DNA of 64,000 bases from Fluviicola sp. (GCA_002734085.1 NVXV01000001.1:159783-223782); one strand, 5' to 3'. Positions 38,548 through 47,797 are shown, counted from the stretch's first letter. Notes: a model not told the origin generated them from the letters alone. Program-made: numbers and translations.

Positions 38548-39414
38548 CTACTTCAACCGATTCAATACAGACATAACCAAGTCGTCCATTTGGGAGAAGG
38601 CGAACCATTTTTTACCGAGATCTTTTAGAGAAGCTCCAATATGGTATAAATGCTTTTCGTCAATTATCAGAAAGCGATCGTGACTATTTTTTAACGTGTA
38701 AACTTGTATGGGGTTGTATTGCTCATTATGTTTCTCAAGATCCAAACGTAAGGCTTTTGTAATTTTATGGGTGTAAATTCTTGCACTGACTTTTTTGCTT
38801 CTTTTAGTAAGTAAGGTTAAAACACTTTCATCAATATAGTTATCAATAAGAATGATTGATTTACTCGCTGATTTGATGATTTTTGAAACTAAGGTGTAGG
38901 CATCAAATATTTCACCGTCAAAGAAAATTCCTTTCTCAGGTTGAACAGTTCCAGCTTCTAAGGCCTTAAAGACTTTTTCTACTTTTTCTTCTGTTTTGAG
39001 TTGTTTAGTTTCTAATTGGTCTAGTCTTTGAAAAAGAGAATCGTTATTTAGTAAAAATTTACGCATATTTACAAATGCTTGCATGATTTGAATGCTTGCT
39101 TTCACGGCAACATCACTGCGTAAAACAGCTGATAACATTGCTACACCTTGTTCTGTAAAGGCATAAGGATTAGAAGAACTATGCTTTAGTTTATCAAACC
39201 GGTCACAATTTGTGACCAGTTCACTTTTTTCCTCACTATTAAGTTGAAATCTAAATGATTCTGGAAAACGGTCTATATTTCTTTTGACAGCTTGATTTAA
39301 GACTTTCGTTTCCACTTGATATAATTCTGCCAGATCACTATCGAGCATTACTTGAATCCCTCTAAAGGTAAATATTTTCTTTTCTATGTGTTTGTAATTA
39401 GCTAATTCCATCAA
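38548..39414 (-). CDS. ORF6N (KilA-N-related) DNA-binding domain protein with PLD-like C-terminal region
   Basis: The N-terminus IFTFRGIQVMLDSDLAELYQVETKVLNQAVKRNIDRFPESFRFQL is the ORF6N signature. The C-terminus SASKSIILIDNYID...KKVSARIYT...SHDRFLIIDEKHLYHIGAS resembles a phospholipase-D/Nuc fold with HxR in place of HxK. Confidence 0.7.
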   Translation of the reverse strand: MMELANYKHIEKKIFTFRGIQVMLDSDLAELYQVETKVLNQAVKRNIDRFPESFRFQLNSEEKSELVTNCDRFDKLKHSSSNPYAFTEQGVAMLSAVLRSDVAVKASIQIMQAFVNMRKFLLNNDSLFQRLDQLETKQLKTEEKVEKVFKALEAGTVQPEKGIFFDGEIFDAYTLVSKIIKSASKSIILIDNYIDESVLTLLTKRSKKVSARIYTHKITKALRLDLEKHNEQYNPIQVYTLKNSHDRFLIIDEKHLYHIGASLKDLGKKWFAFSQMDDLVMSVLNRLK

Positions 39415-39482
39415 AATATGATTTAAATAAGTAGGTTACAGAATCCTTTATTGAATTTAATTATAATTCTTGAATAAGCAAT

Positions 39483-40433
39483 ATGGAGCTACCAAAAAAT
39501 GCTTTACAAGAATTTGTTATTTTTATCCTCATGTCAGCACAAGCTATAATTCGTCGTTATAAGAAAATCATTGATATTCTGGAAACAGGACAGTTTCCAT
39601 CGATGGATAGCATTCAGGAGTTTATTGAGAATACAGGGTTAAAAGCTTCTCGTCGGACTATTGAGCGAGATTTTGAGGCGATTCGCAATGAATTTGGAGT
39701 GGAGATTGAATACAATCAACATAAAAAGGGCTACTTTATTGATAAGGAAGAAGGGCTTTCGATGGATAGTTTTTTGCGGTTGTTAGAGCTGGTGGAAACA
39801 GCACATGTCTTTCAGGAAAGTTTGAAGGAGAGTAAGGAAACGTTAGAATATATCGACTTTGAGCATCAAGGGATTACTTCTGGCATTGATTACTTGCAAC
39901 CTATTTTAAGAGCAATTCGAAATCATTTGTGCATCCGATTTAAGCATGAAAGTTATCAAACTGGAAAATTCAAGAGATATCAAGTAAAGCCTTATCTATT
40001 GAAAGAGTATTTAGGTCGCTGGTATGTTATTGGTGAAGTTGCAGGAATGAATGCGATTCGTACTTTTGGAATCGATCGGTTCTCAGAATTTGAATTGTTG
40101 ACGAAAACCTTTGAACCAAAAGACAGTTATGAAATCAAAACACGGTTTCGAGAGGTCATTGGTCTTACTTATGAAGGGAGTGAAAAGGAGGAAATTATTC
40201 TTTCGTTCAAACCTGAACAAGTGCCTTATTTAAAATCGTTGCCTCTACATCACTCACAAACTTTTATCGAGGAGAATGAAAACGAAGCGGTGGTGCGTTA
40301 TTTTCTTAAACCGAATTATGAGTTTACTCAGCGTATTTTTATGCATATCGACAAGGTTAAGGTCATGGAGCCAGAATGGTTGGTGGAGCATGTGAAGGAA
40401 CGGGTTGATGAGATTCGGGGGATGTACGATTGA
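39483..40433 (+). CDS. HTH-WYL domain transcriptional regulator (YafY/BrxR/CapW-like architecture)
   Basis: N-terminal HTH (ASRRTIERDFEAIRNEFG), the WYL core YLLKEYLGRWYVIGE, and a C-terminal extension. Confidence 0.8.
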   Translation: MELPKNALQEFVIFILMSAQAIIRRYKKIIDILETGQFPSMDSIQEFIENTGLKASRRTIERDFEAIRNEFGVEIEYNQHKKGYFIDKEEGLSMDSFLRLLELVETAHVFQESLKESKETLEYIDFEHQGITSGIDYLQPILRAIRNHLCIRFKHESYQTGKFKRYQVKPYLLKEYLGRWYVIGEVAGMNAIRTFGIDRFSEFELLTKTFEPKDSYEIKTRFREVIGLTYEGSEKEEIILSFKPEQVPYLKSLPLHHSQTFIEENENEAVVRYFLKPNYEFTQRIFMHIDKVKVMEPEWLVEHVKERVDEIRGMYD

Positions 40434-40452
40434 ATTCAAATCTTAATAAACC

Positions 40453-41478
40453 CTACTTCTTCAAAATCTCCCCATTCTCAACAACCAAATTACTCAAAAC
40501 ATTATTCGTATAAAGCGATCCCGTTCCCAACCCTTGAGGAAGCTGAATATCAAACCGACTCGTAAACTGAGCAATGGCATCCAACCCAATATTTGATTCT
40601 AAAGCGCTGGTAATCCACCATGGAATATTCATAACTTCTGCAAGTTCAATCCAATCTGAAGTTCCTTTAAATCCACCAATCAAACTCGGCTTTAGTATTA
40701 TATATTGCGGCTGAGTGCTTTCTAACATTTTGCGTTTATCCTCATAAGAATAGTGTCCAATAAGTTCTTCATCTAAAGCAATTGGCAGTGGCGTTGAGGC
40801 ACAAAGCGACCTCATCTCATTCCATTGACCTTGCTTTATAGGTTGTTCTATCGAATGAATGTCATATTCAGCTAGTTTTTTCAGCTTTCCTAATGCATCT
40901 GAAGGAGAGAAGGCACCATTTGCATCAACACGCAATGTGATTTTATCCGAACTATGTTTTTCGCGAATCATTTTAAGTAATCGAAGCTCTTCTTCAAAAT
41001 CAATTGCACCGATCTTCATTTTTATGCAAGAAAATCCGGCGTTCAATTTTTCTTGGATTTGCTCTTCCATAAAATCTGGAGTTCCCATCCAAATCAATCC
41101 GTTTATTGGCAAAGCTCCTTTACCATGGTAAAAATCTGTATCGAAAAACAATCGCTTTCCTCCATTTTTCAAGTCTAACAAAGCCATTTCCAAACCAAAA
41201 TAGATAGAGGGGAATCTATTTAAACCCTTTATGTTTTCAACGTAAGCATTAATCTCATTAACTACGTCCTCAAGCTTTGATTCGTACTGCTCATCAGATT
41301 TATAATCTGGAGAAAGATTCGGAATTATACTGCACTCACCTACTCCTTTTACCGAAGGATTATTGGTGTTCCAAACAGTAATAAACCATGCTTTTTTTTC
41401 TGTTAAGACACCTCTACTCGTACCGCTGGGTCGCTTGAAGGTAAATATGCGTTTCTCAAATGTTGCCTCTAAACTCAT
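40453..41478 (-). CDS. menC: o-succinylbenzoate synthase (enolase superfamily)
   Basis: Enolase-superfamily catalytic pattern: CIKMKIG (KxK), LRVDANGAF, SIEQP, ALDEEL. There is a 4-nt overlap with upstream menA. Confidence 0.7.
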   Translation of the reverse strand: MSLEATFEKRIFTFKRPSGTSRGVLTEKKAWFITVWNTNNPSVKGVGECSIIPNLSPDYKSDEQYESKLEDVVNEINAYVENIKGLNRFPSIYFGLEMALLDLKNGGKRLFFDTDFYHGKGALPINGLIWMGTPDFMEEQIQEKLNAGFSCIKMKIGAIDFEEELRLLKMIREKHSSDKITLRVDANGAFSPSDALGKLKKLAEYDIHSIEQPIKQGQWNEMRSLCASTPLPIALDEELIGHYSYEDKRKMLESTQPQYIILKPSLIGGFKGTSDWIELAEVMNIPWWITSALESNIGLDAIAQFTSRFDIQLPQGLGTGSLYTNNVLSNLVVENGEILKK

Positions 41479-42371
41479 AAAAACGTAGATATACTATATA
41501 AAACTGCAATAAAAAACGTTGACAATGCTACCTTCTTCAATTCAGGGTCAAGCATTTTTGGGTCTTTCGTTTTCCATACTTTTAACAGGTGCAGAAATAA
41601 AAAGATATAAGGTAATACTGCAATCAATCCTATGAGGTGAGAGTTATAGGCTATAAAGAATAAGTAGGCTAAAAAAGATAAGTGAATCAACAATCCATGA
41701 TACAGTTTCGCATATTTAAAACCAATAGTAACAACCAACGTTTTTTTATTTACCGCGGCATCATTCACATGATCACGCATGTTATTTAAATTAAGAACTG
41801 CCACACTCAATAGCCCGATACACGCAGCTAATCCAAAAATTGAAATGTCTATTTGTTTTGTATACAAAGTATATACCCCGACAACACTGACAAAGCCAAA
41901 AAATAATAGCACCATTAAATCTCCCAATCCGTGATAACCATAAGCCTTTCTACCAACTGTATATGTTATAGCCGCAATCACACAGGCAATAGCCAGTAGA
42001 ACATAAGTCCATAGAACTGAGCTCGGCATATCTCTTGTACCGATAATAATCAGTGGAATTGCTGTAGCCACAGCCAAAATCGAAAACAAAATTACACCAC
42101 CAGTCATCTCTTTTTGTGAAATAGCACCCGATTGAATTGCTCGTTCGGGACCAACACGGCTTTCATTATCAGCTCCTTTGAAACTATCTCCTAAATCATT
42201 TGCAAAATTTGAAAGTACTTGCAAAAACAGTGTGGTTAACATTGCAAGCGTGAAAATCGTACTATCCCAATAACCTTGATAATATGCCGCAAAACTTCCA
42301 GCAATAATTCCCGATAATGAAAGTGGTAAAGTACGCAGTCGCGCAGCTTTTATCCAAGCTTGTAAATTCAT
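41475..42371 (-). CDS. menA: 1,4-dihydroxy-2-naphthoate polyprenyltransferase
   Basis: UbiA-family motifs NFANDLGDSFKGAD and NNMRDHVNDAAVNKKT, with about 8 TM helices. Confidence 0.85.
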   Translation of the reverse strand: MNLQAWIKAARLRTLPLSLSGIIAGSFAAYYQGYWDSTIFTLAMLTTLFLQVLSNFANDLGDSFKGADNESRVGPERAIQSGAISQKEMTGGVILFSILAVATAIPLIIIGTRDMPSSVLWTYVLLAIACVIAAITYTVGRKAYGYHGLGDLMVLLFFGFVSVVGVYTLYTKQIDISIFGLAACIGLLSVAVLNLNNMRDHVNDAAVNKKTLVVTIGFKYAKLYHGLLIHLSFLAYLFFIAYNSHLIGLIAVLPYIFLFLHLLKVWKTKDPKMLDPELKKVALSTFFIAVLYSISTFL

Positions 42372-42423
42372 GTTACAAAAATCAACAAAATTTTAGACAT
42401 AAGGTTTATTGAGAGGGATTTTA

Positions 42424-42620
42424 GTAATGAGTGACATCGATTGGGCAAGCCTGCTTCGAAGAACTCAGCACAGCGCGTCTTATTGACGAATTTGAAGGAC
42501 GTAAGGGTGGTTGATGATAAAATTCGACTCCAATGAACCCTTTTCCCCCTGCACGCACACCCTACGAATTCGTCACTAAATCTCGCCACGCGAGATGACG
42601 TCACTGGTCACTCGTCACTA
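42424..42620. repeat. GC-enriched structured intergenic element (MITE/REP-like or ncRNA) between xerD and menA
   Basis: Ends are inverted (GAGTGAC at 42429-42435; GTCACTC at 42607-42613). A long interrupted hairpin pairs 42485-42509 with 42558-42574, and a 7-bp hairpin sits at 42580-42596. Three tandem heptads GTCACTN occupy 42600-42620. Two blocks are shared with 23453-23510. Confidence 0.45.
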
Positions 42621-43520
42621 TTTTTTATTCCTCGGATGGTAGCTAATAATCGCTTCCCGAATAAACGACTTATCCAAATGCGTATAAATTTCAGTGGTAG
42701 TTATCGACTCATGACCCAACATTTCTTGCACTGCTCTAAGGTTGGCTCCACCTTCAATTAGATGTGTGGCGAATGAGTGACGAAATGTATGTGGGCTAAT
42801 TGTTTTTTGAAGACCGATTGATGCAGCAAGGTTTTTGATTATGGTAAAAATCATTACGCGTGTCAATTGTTTCCCTCTCCTATTAAGAAAGACAAAATCT
42901 TCATGCCCTTTTTGAATACTCATATGTCTTCGTGTTCCATCGACATAGATACCAATTTCTTTTTCTACACTTGGACTTACAGGAACTAAGCGTTCTTTGT
43001 CCCCTTTTCCAATTACACGTATAAACCCTTCTTTAAAAAAGATATGTGAAAACCGCAGATTAATTAATTCACTTACACGCAACCCACAACTGTAGAGTGT
43101 TTCAAGCATAGCCTTATTGCGATGACCTTCTGGTTTACTCAAATCAATAGCACTGATAAGTTGATCAATTTCATCAATGGATAAAAAAACAGGAAGTTTC
43201 GTTCCAATCTTTGGCAATTCCAAAAGAGCACTTGGATCTTCATTCATTTCTCCCTCAAGAATTAGAAAGTCATAAAATTGTTTAATACCACTGATAATTC
43301 TGCTTTGACTTCTCGCGGAAAGACCTAGTTCGTATAAACTCGCTAGAAATTCTTTTAAAACTTGAAGGTCTACATTTTTTGGATCAATATTTCCTGGTAC
43401 ACAGAAGTCCTTGAGTTTTTCAATATCACTTTGATAGGCAAAAATGGAGTTTTCTGCTAGGCCTCGCTCAATTTTAAGATAATTGACAAATGATTTTAAT
43501 TGTATTTCCCAGTTTTTCAC
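42618..43520 (-). CDS. xerD: site-specific tyrosine recombinase XerD
   Basis: 300 aa. The N-terminal SAM-like domain reads FVNYLKIERGLAENSIFAYQSDI. The catalytic region reads GLRVSELINL...HTFRHSFATHLIEGGANLRAVQEMLGHESITTTEIYTH. Confidence 0.85.
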   Translation of the reverse strand: MKNWEIQLKSFVNYLKIERGLAENSIFAYQSDIEKLKDFCVPGNIDPKNVDLQVLKEFLASLYELGLSARSQSRIISGIKQFYDFLILEGEMNEDPSALLELPKIGTKLPVFLSIDEIDQLISAIDLSKPEGHRNKAMLETLYSCGLRVSELINLRFSHIFFKEGFIRVIGKGDKERLVPVSPSVEKEIGIYVDGTRRHMSIQKGHEDFVFLNRRGKQLTRVMIFTIIKNLAASIGLQKTISPHTFRHSFATHLIEGGANLRAVQEMLGHESITTTEIYTHLDKSFIREAIISYHPRNKK

Positions 43521-43582
43521 GGTAATAAAGATAATGAAAAAAATTTGTAGAAGGCTTTGTTATCTCAATGTTTATGGCATTT

Positions 43583-44017
43583 CTACTCCTCGTCAAATAC
43601 ACGAATCATCTTGGCATATCGAGGTTCATATTTGTACTTTCTCAACGTATTTTCTTGATCCTCTTCAGAAGATATTAGATTTGGTTCGAGCGTTAATGAC
43701 TCGGATTTCGAATCAGATAAGGGAGCTTCTTTTAAATCTATTTCTAAATGACTTTTATAATAACCTTTCCTAATTACTTTAAGTCTGTAAAATTCTCCAG
43801 CGGGTAAATAAAAAGTTGACTTCTTTCTTTTAGATTGGATTTCGAAAGTCACTCCATCCGTTGTTATGACCATTACCGAAAATTTTCGCAATGCTTTCCC
43901 TTCTTGAGTTTTGGGTTCAATCGTTAGTTCCAAGAATTTATCTTGTGCACTGACTGCACTGATCATAAAACACATAATAATCAAACCCACCCATTTCATA
44001 CAGGCAAAACTAAACAT
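43583..44017 (-). CDS. small secreted protein, function unknown
   Basis: Signal peptide (GLIIMCFMISAVSAQ). No motif was recognised. Confidence 0.4.
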   Translation of the reverse strand: MFSFACMKWVGLIIMCFMISAVSAQDKFLELTIEPKTQEGKALRKFSVMVITTDGVTFEIQSKRKKSTFYLPAGEFYRLKVIRKGYYKSHLEIDLKEAPLSDSKSESLTLEPNLISSEEDQENTLRKYKYEPRYAKMIRVFDEE

Positions 44018-44295
44018 TTCGCTTTCTACTTAATTATTAGAAATGTGAACAATTGCTAAAAATCAATGCTTTTTGTCACGATTTTTAGAACAAAAATTCG
44101 CGCCAAAATAAAACTAACCCTACTATTCTTTAACCGCGGGTTAAAACCCGTGGCAAAAGAACCTTTGGTTTTATTATATCAAACCAAAAAGGAGCTCTAA
44201 ATTCAAATAATTAGTTCCCTCGATATTCATTTTCAACGGAATTGCTAGCAACCAAACAAAATTCCTAAATTTACCAACCTATTAAGTCAAACAAA

Positions 44296-45738
44296 ATGGA
44301 AAAAATACAAAACTATATCAATGGGGTTTTTGAAGCTCCTCAATCGGGAAAATACTTCGACAATATTGAACCAGCTAAGGGTGAAGTATATTCTCAAATT
44401 CCAGACTCACAAGTTGAAGATATTGAAAAAGCTGTTAGTGCTGCTAAAAATGCATTTCCCATTTGGTCTAAGATGAGTATCGAAGAAAGAGGAGATTGGA
44501 TGACAAAAGTAGCGGATGGTATAGCTAATAGAATGGATGAATTTATTGCTGCTGAGAGTCGCGACAATGGAAAACCAATAAAAATCGCTGAACACGTAGA
44601 TATTCCAAGGGCCATTTCAAACTTTAAGTTTTTCGCAACAGGGATACAACATTTTGCTTCAGAATCACATAATATGGTTGGCGTTGGCATCAACTATACT
44701 TTAAGGAAACCACTTGGTGTAGTTGGGTGTATTTCACCTTGGAATTTACCTTTGTATTTATTCACTTGGAAAATTGCTCCCGCTTTGGCTGCTGGAAATT
44801 GTGTGGTTGCTAAACCTTCTGAGGTCACTCCTTATACAGCTTATTTATTGTGTAAAGTAATGGATGAAGTTGGATTTCCGAAAGGAGTGTTGAATATTGT
44901 TCATGGTTTTGGCCAATCCGCTGGTGACGCAATTGTTCGACACAAAGAAACAAAGGCAATTTCATTCACGGGCGGTACTGCTACGGGAAAAGCAATAGCA
45001 ACAATTGCTGCACCAATGTTTAAAAAACTTTCATTAGAACTCGGAGGTAAAAACCCAAACATCATTTTTGACGACTGTGATTTTGACGAAATGTTGAAAA
45101 CAACAATACGCTCAAGTTTTGCAAATCAAGGACAAATCTGTTTATGTGGATCACGTATTTTCGTTCAAAAAGGAATTTACGATAAGTTTAAGAATGCATT
45201 TGTAGAGAAAATTAAACAAGCAAAAGTATCCAATCCTGAAGATCCAAAAGCTCAATTAGGGGCTGTTGTATCAGAGGGACATATGGAAAAGGTTTTGGGT
45301 TATATTGACTTGGCTAAAGAAGAAGGAGGAACAGTCTTGGCTGGAGGAAATCGTGTTGTTTTGGATGCTCCCTATGATAAAGGGTATTATATCGAACCAA
45401 CAATTATTGAAGGGTTAGATTATCAGTGCAGAACAAACCAAGAAGAAATATTTGGTCCAGTAGTTACAATCACGCCTTTTGAAACAGAGAAAGAGGTTTT
45501 AACCATGGCGAACTCTACAGAATATGGTTTAAGCGCTACGCTTTGGACAAATAATTTAAAACGTGCACACAGAATGGCTGATGAAATTGATGCAGGAATT
45601 GTGTGGGTCAATTCATGGTTAGTTCGTGATTTAAGAACTCCTTTTGGTGGCGTAAAATCATCAGGTGTTGGTCGCGAAGGAGGTTGGGAAGCATTGAAGT
45701 TCTTTACAGAGCCTAAAAATGTATTTATAAAGAGTTAG
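44296..45738 (+). CDS. NAD(P)-dependent aldehyde dehydrogenase (semialdehyde dehydrogenase-like)
   Basis: ALDH signatures LELGGKNP (catalytic Glu) and FANQGQICLCGSR (catalytic Cys), plus GFPKGVLNIVHG. Confidence 0.85.
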   Translation: MEKIQNYINGVFEAPQSGKYFDNIEPAKGEVYSQIPDSQVEDIEKAVSAAKNAFPIWSKMSIEERGDWMTKVADGIANRMDEFIAAESRDNGKPIKIAEHVDIPRAISNFKFFATGIQHFASESHNMVGVGINYTLRKPLGVVGCISPWNLPLYLFTWKIAPALAAGNCVVAKPSEVTPYTAYLLCKVMDEVGFPKGVLNIVHGFGQSAGDAIVRHKETKAISFTGGTATGKAIATIAAPMFKKLSLELGGKNPNIIFDDCDFDEMLKTTIRSSFANQGQICLCGSRIFVQKGIYDKFKNAFVEKIKQAKVSNPEDPKAQLGAVVSEGHMEKVLGYIDLAKEEGGTVLAGGNRVVLDAPYDKGYYIEPTIIEGLDYQCRTNQEEIFGPVVTITPFETEKEVLTMANSTEYGLSATLWTNNLKRAHRMADEIDAGIVWVNSWLVRDLRTPFGGVKSSGVGREGGWEALKFFTEPKNVFIKS

Positions 45739-45762
45739 GAGAAAATTCTTGATTTGAAAAAA

Positions 45763-45796
45763 GGGGTGCACGGCCGTGCACCCCTGCGTTTTTTTA
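45763..45796. terminator. bidirectional Rho-independent terminator
   Basis: Perfect palindrome GGGGTGCACGGCCGTGCACCCC, preceded by an A-run and followed by TGCGTTTTTTT. It lies between convergent genes. Confidence 0.75.
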
Positions 45797-45814
45797 TGTA
45801 CTGTATTTTTTATC

Positions 45815-47011
45815 TTACTTTGAAGGCATTTCTCTAGTAAACGCTGGAATTCCAGTAACCTCCATACCTGTAATTAATAGGTGAATGTCGTGTGTTCCCT
45901 CATAGGTTAAAACAGACTCCAAGTTTGCCATGTGGCGCATCATTGAATACTCTGAAGTAATCCCCATCCCTCCGTGTATTTGTCTTGCTTCACGGGCGAT
46001 GTCTAACGCTATTTCCACATTATTACGTTTTGCCATTGAAATTTGTGCAGTTGTTGCTCTTCCTTCATTTCTCAACTGACCTAAACGATAAGTTAAAAGT
46101 TGTGCTTTTGTAATTTCAGTAATCATCTCAGCCAATTTCTTTTGAATTAACTGGAATGAACCTATTGGTACATTGAATTGCGTTCTTTCTTTAGAATAAC
46201 GCAATGCTTGATCGTAACAATCCATAGCAGCGCCAAGTGCTCCCCAGGCAATACCGTAACGTGCAGAATCTAAACACGAAAGAGGTGCACCTAAACCACT
46301 TCTTCCAGGAAGAATATTTTCTTTGGGAACTTTTACATTTTCAAAAATCAACTCCCCTGTAGCAGAAGCTCTAAGTGAAAGTTTACCGTGCATTTCTGGT
46401 GTTGAAAATCCTTCCATACCACGCTCTACTAATAAACCGTGAATACGTCCAGATTCATCTTTCGCCCAGACTACAGCGACATCCGCAAAAGGGGCGTTTG
46501 AAATCCACATTTTTGCTCCATTTAGCAATACGTGATCTCCTTTGTCTTTAAAATTAGTAATCATTCCACCAGGATTTGACCCGTGATCTGGTTCTGTCAA
46601 ACCAAAACAACCAATCATTTCTCCAGTAGCCATTTTTGGTAAGAATTTCTTTTTATGTTCTTCCGATCCATATTTCCAAATAGGGTACATCACAAGTGAA
46701 CTTTGAACAGAAGCAGTAGAACGCAATCCGCTATCACAACGTTCAAGCTCTTGCATTATTAAACCATAAGAAATCTGATCAAGTCCAGCGCCTCCATATT
46801 CTTCAGGAATATAAGGACCAAAAGCACCAATTTCTCCAAGACCTCCTAAAATGTGCATGGGAAATGTCGCCTTTTCATAATGTTCGTCGATAATTGGTGA
46901 AACTTCTTTTTTCACCCAGTCGCGTGCTGTATCTCTTATTAACTTGTGTTCGTCGGACAAAAGTTCGTCCATTTGATAATGATCTGGGTGTGTATATAAA
47001 TCTGAGCTCAT
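45815..47011 (-). CDS. gcdH: acyl-CoA dehydrogenase, glutaryl-CoA dehydrogenase-like
   Basis: 398 aa. GCFGLTEPDHGSNPG and GGMGITSEYSMMRHMANLESVLTYEGTHDIH are typical of the GCDH subgroup. Confidence 0.75.
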   Translation of the reverse strand: MSSDLYTHPDHYQMDELLSDEHKLIRDTARDWVKKEVSPIIDEHYEKATFPMHILGGLGEIGAFGPYIPEEYGGAGLDQISYGLIMQELERCDSGLRSTASVQSSLVMYPIWKYGSEEHKKKFLPKMATGEMIGCFGLTEPDHGSNPGGMITNFKDKGDHVLLNGAKMWISNAPFADVAVVWAKDESGRIHGLLVERGMEGFSTPEMHGKLSLRASATGELIFENVKVPKENILPGRSGLGAPLSCLDSARYGIAWGALGAAMDCYDQALRYSKERTQFNVPIGSFQLIQKKLAEMITEITKAQLLTYRLGQLRNEGRATTAQISMAKRNNVEIALDIAREARQIHGGMGITSEYSMMRHMANLESVLTYEGTHDIHLLITGMEVTGIPAFTREMPSK

Positions 47012-47143
47012 ATTGTTTTGTTTAATTCGATTACAAAATTAAGGAAATATCTTATTTTTTTAACTATTTCAAGCATCTAAAGATGTCATTCCATATTTTT
47101 GTACTTTCGTAACAAAGGAATAATCAAAATAGTTTTGTAATAA

Positions 47144-47797
47144 ATGGACGAATTAGAATTAGTACTACGCGAATCTTTTTTCCCCTACTGGATATTATAT
47201 GCGCTACTAGTTTCTGTAGCTATTTTATCAGGAGTAAAAATGTTGCGTCCTGCTGTTTTTCAACATATATCGGCTACTTATGTCAAACCTCCGTCAACCG
47301 TTCCCAATTCAAAAGAAAATTTAAGCTTTTTTGGAAAAGCAAGTTGGATGTTGTTGATAAACTATTTTATCGTTTCTAGTATTACTGTATATATGGTGTT
47401 GATGTATTATGACATCCACCAATATTGGTTAGTACTTTTACCAACCGCTTACTATTTTGTTCAGGTTTTTGGACTCTTATTTTCTGGGGTGATAAGTCGT
47501 GAAACAAAACGACTTTCAGAGAATTTTCTATTGTTAAATTTTATTTATCAAAACATGGGATTAGTGTTAATTCCTGTTTTGATCATGTGGCTTTTAAACG
47601 TAAACTATTCACTATACTTCATCAATACAATACAAATACTGTTTGTTGCATTTTTGTTATTCAGATATATAAGGGGGTTTTTCTTTGCAATTCAAAATAA
47701 GGTATTGTGGTATTATATAATTTTATACCTTTGCACTCTGGAAATTTGGCCCTTAATGGTTATTTTTAAACTATTAACTGCTGATTTGGAAGGATAA
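47144..47797 (+). CDS. polytopic membrane protein (DUF4271-like) preceding hemD
   Basis: 217 aa with about 6 TM segments. The family name is recalled from the conserved DUF4271-hemD pairing in Bacteroidota. Confidence 0.45.
   Translation: MDELELVLRESFFPYWILYALLVSVAILSGVKMLRPAVFQHISATYVKPPSTVPNSKENLSFFGKASWMLLINYFIVSSITVYMVLMYYDIHQYWLVLLPTAYYFVQVFGLLFSGVISRETKRLSENFLLLNFIYQNMGLVLIPVLIMWLLNVNYSLYFINTIQILFVAFLLFRYIRGFFFAIQNKVLWYYIILYLCTLEIWPLMVIFKLLTADLEG

Noticed and set aside
42368-42604. 78-aa minus-strand ORF between xerD and menA
   Set aside because: The region is dominated by nested hairpins and tandem heptads and shares blocks with a non-coding element at 23.45 kb. No protein motif was recognised.
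42618-43520. xerD as the integrase of a mobile element delimiting the 36.6-40.4 kb islet
   Set aside because: It has the canonical 300-aa XerD length and motifs. It is separated from the islet by menC-menA, and no att-like direct repeats or tRNA were found, so it is treated as the housekeeping dif recombinase.
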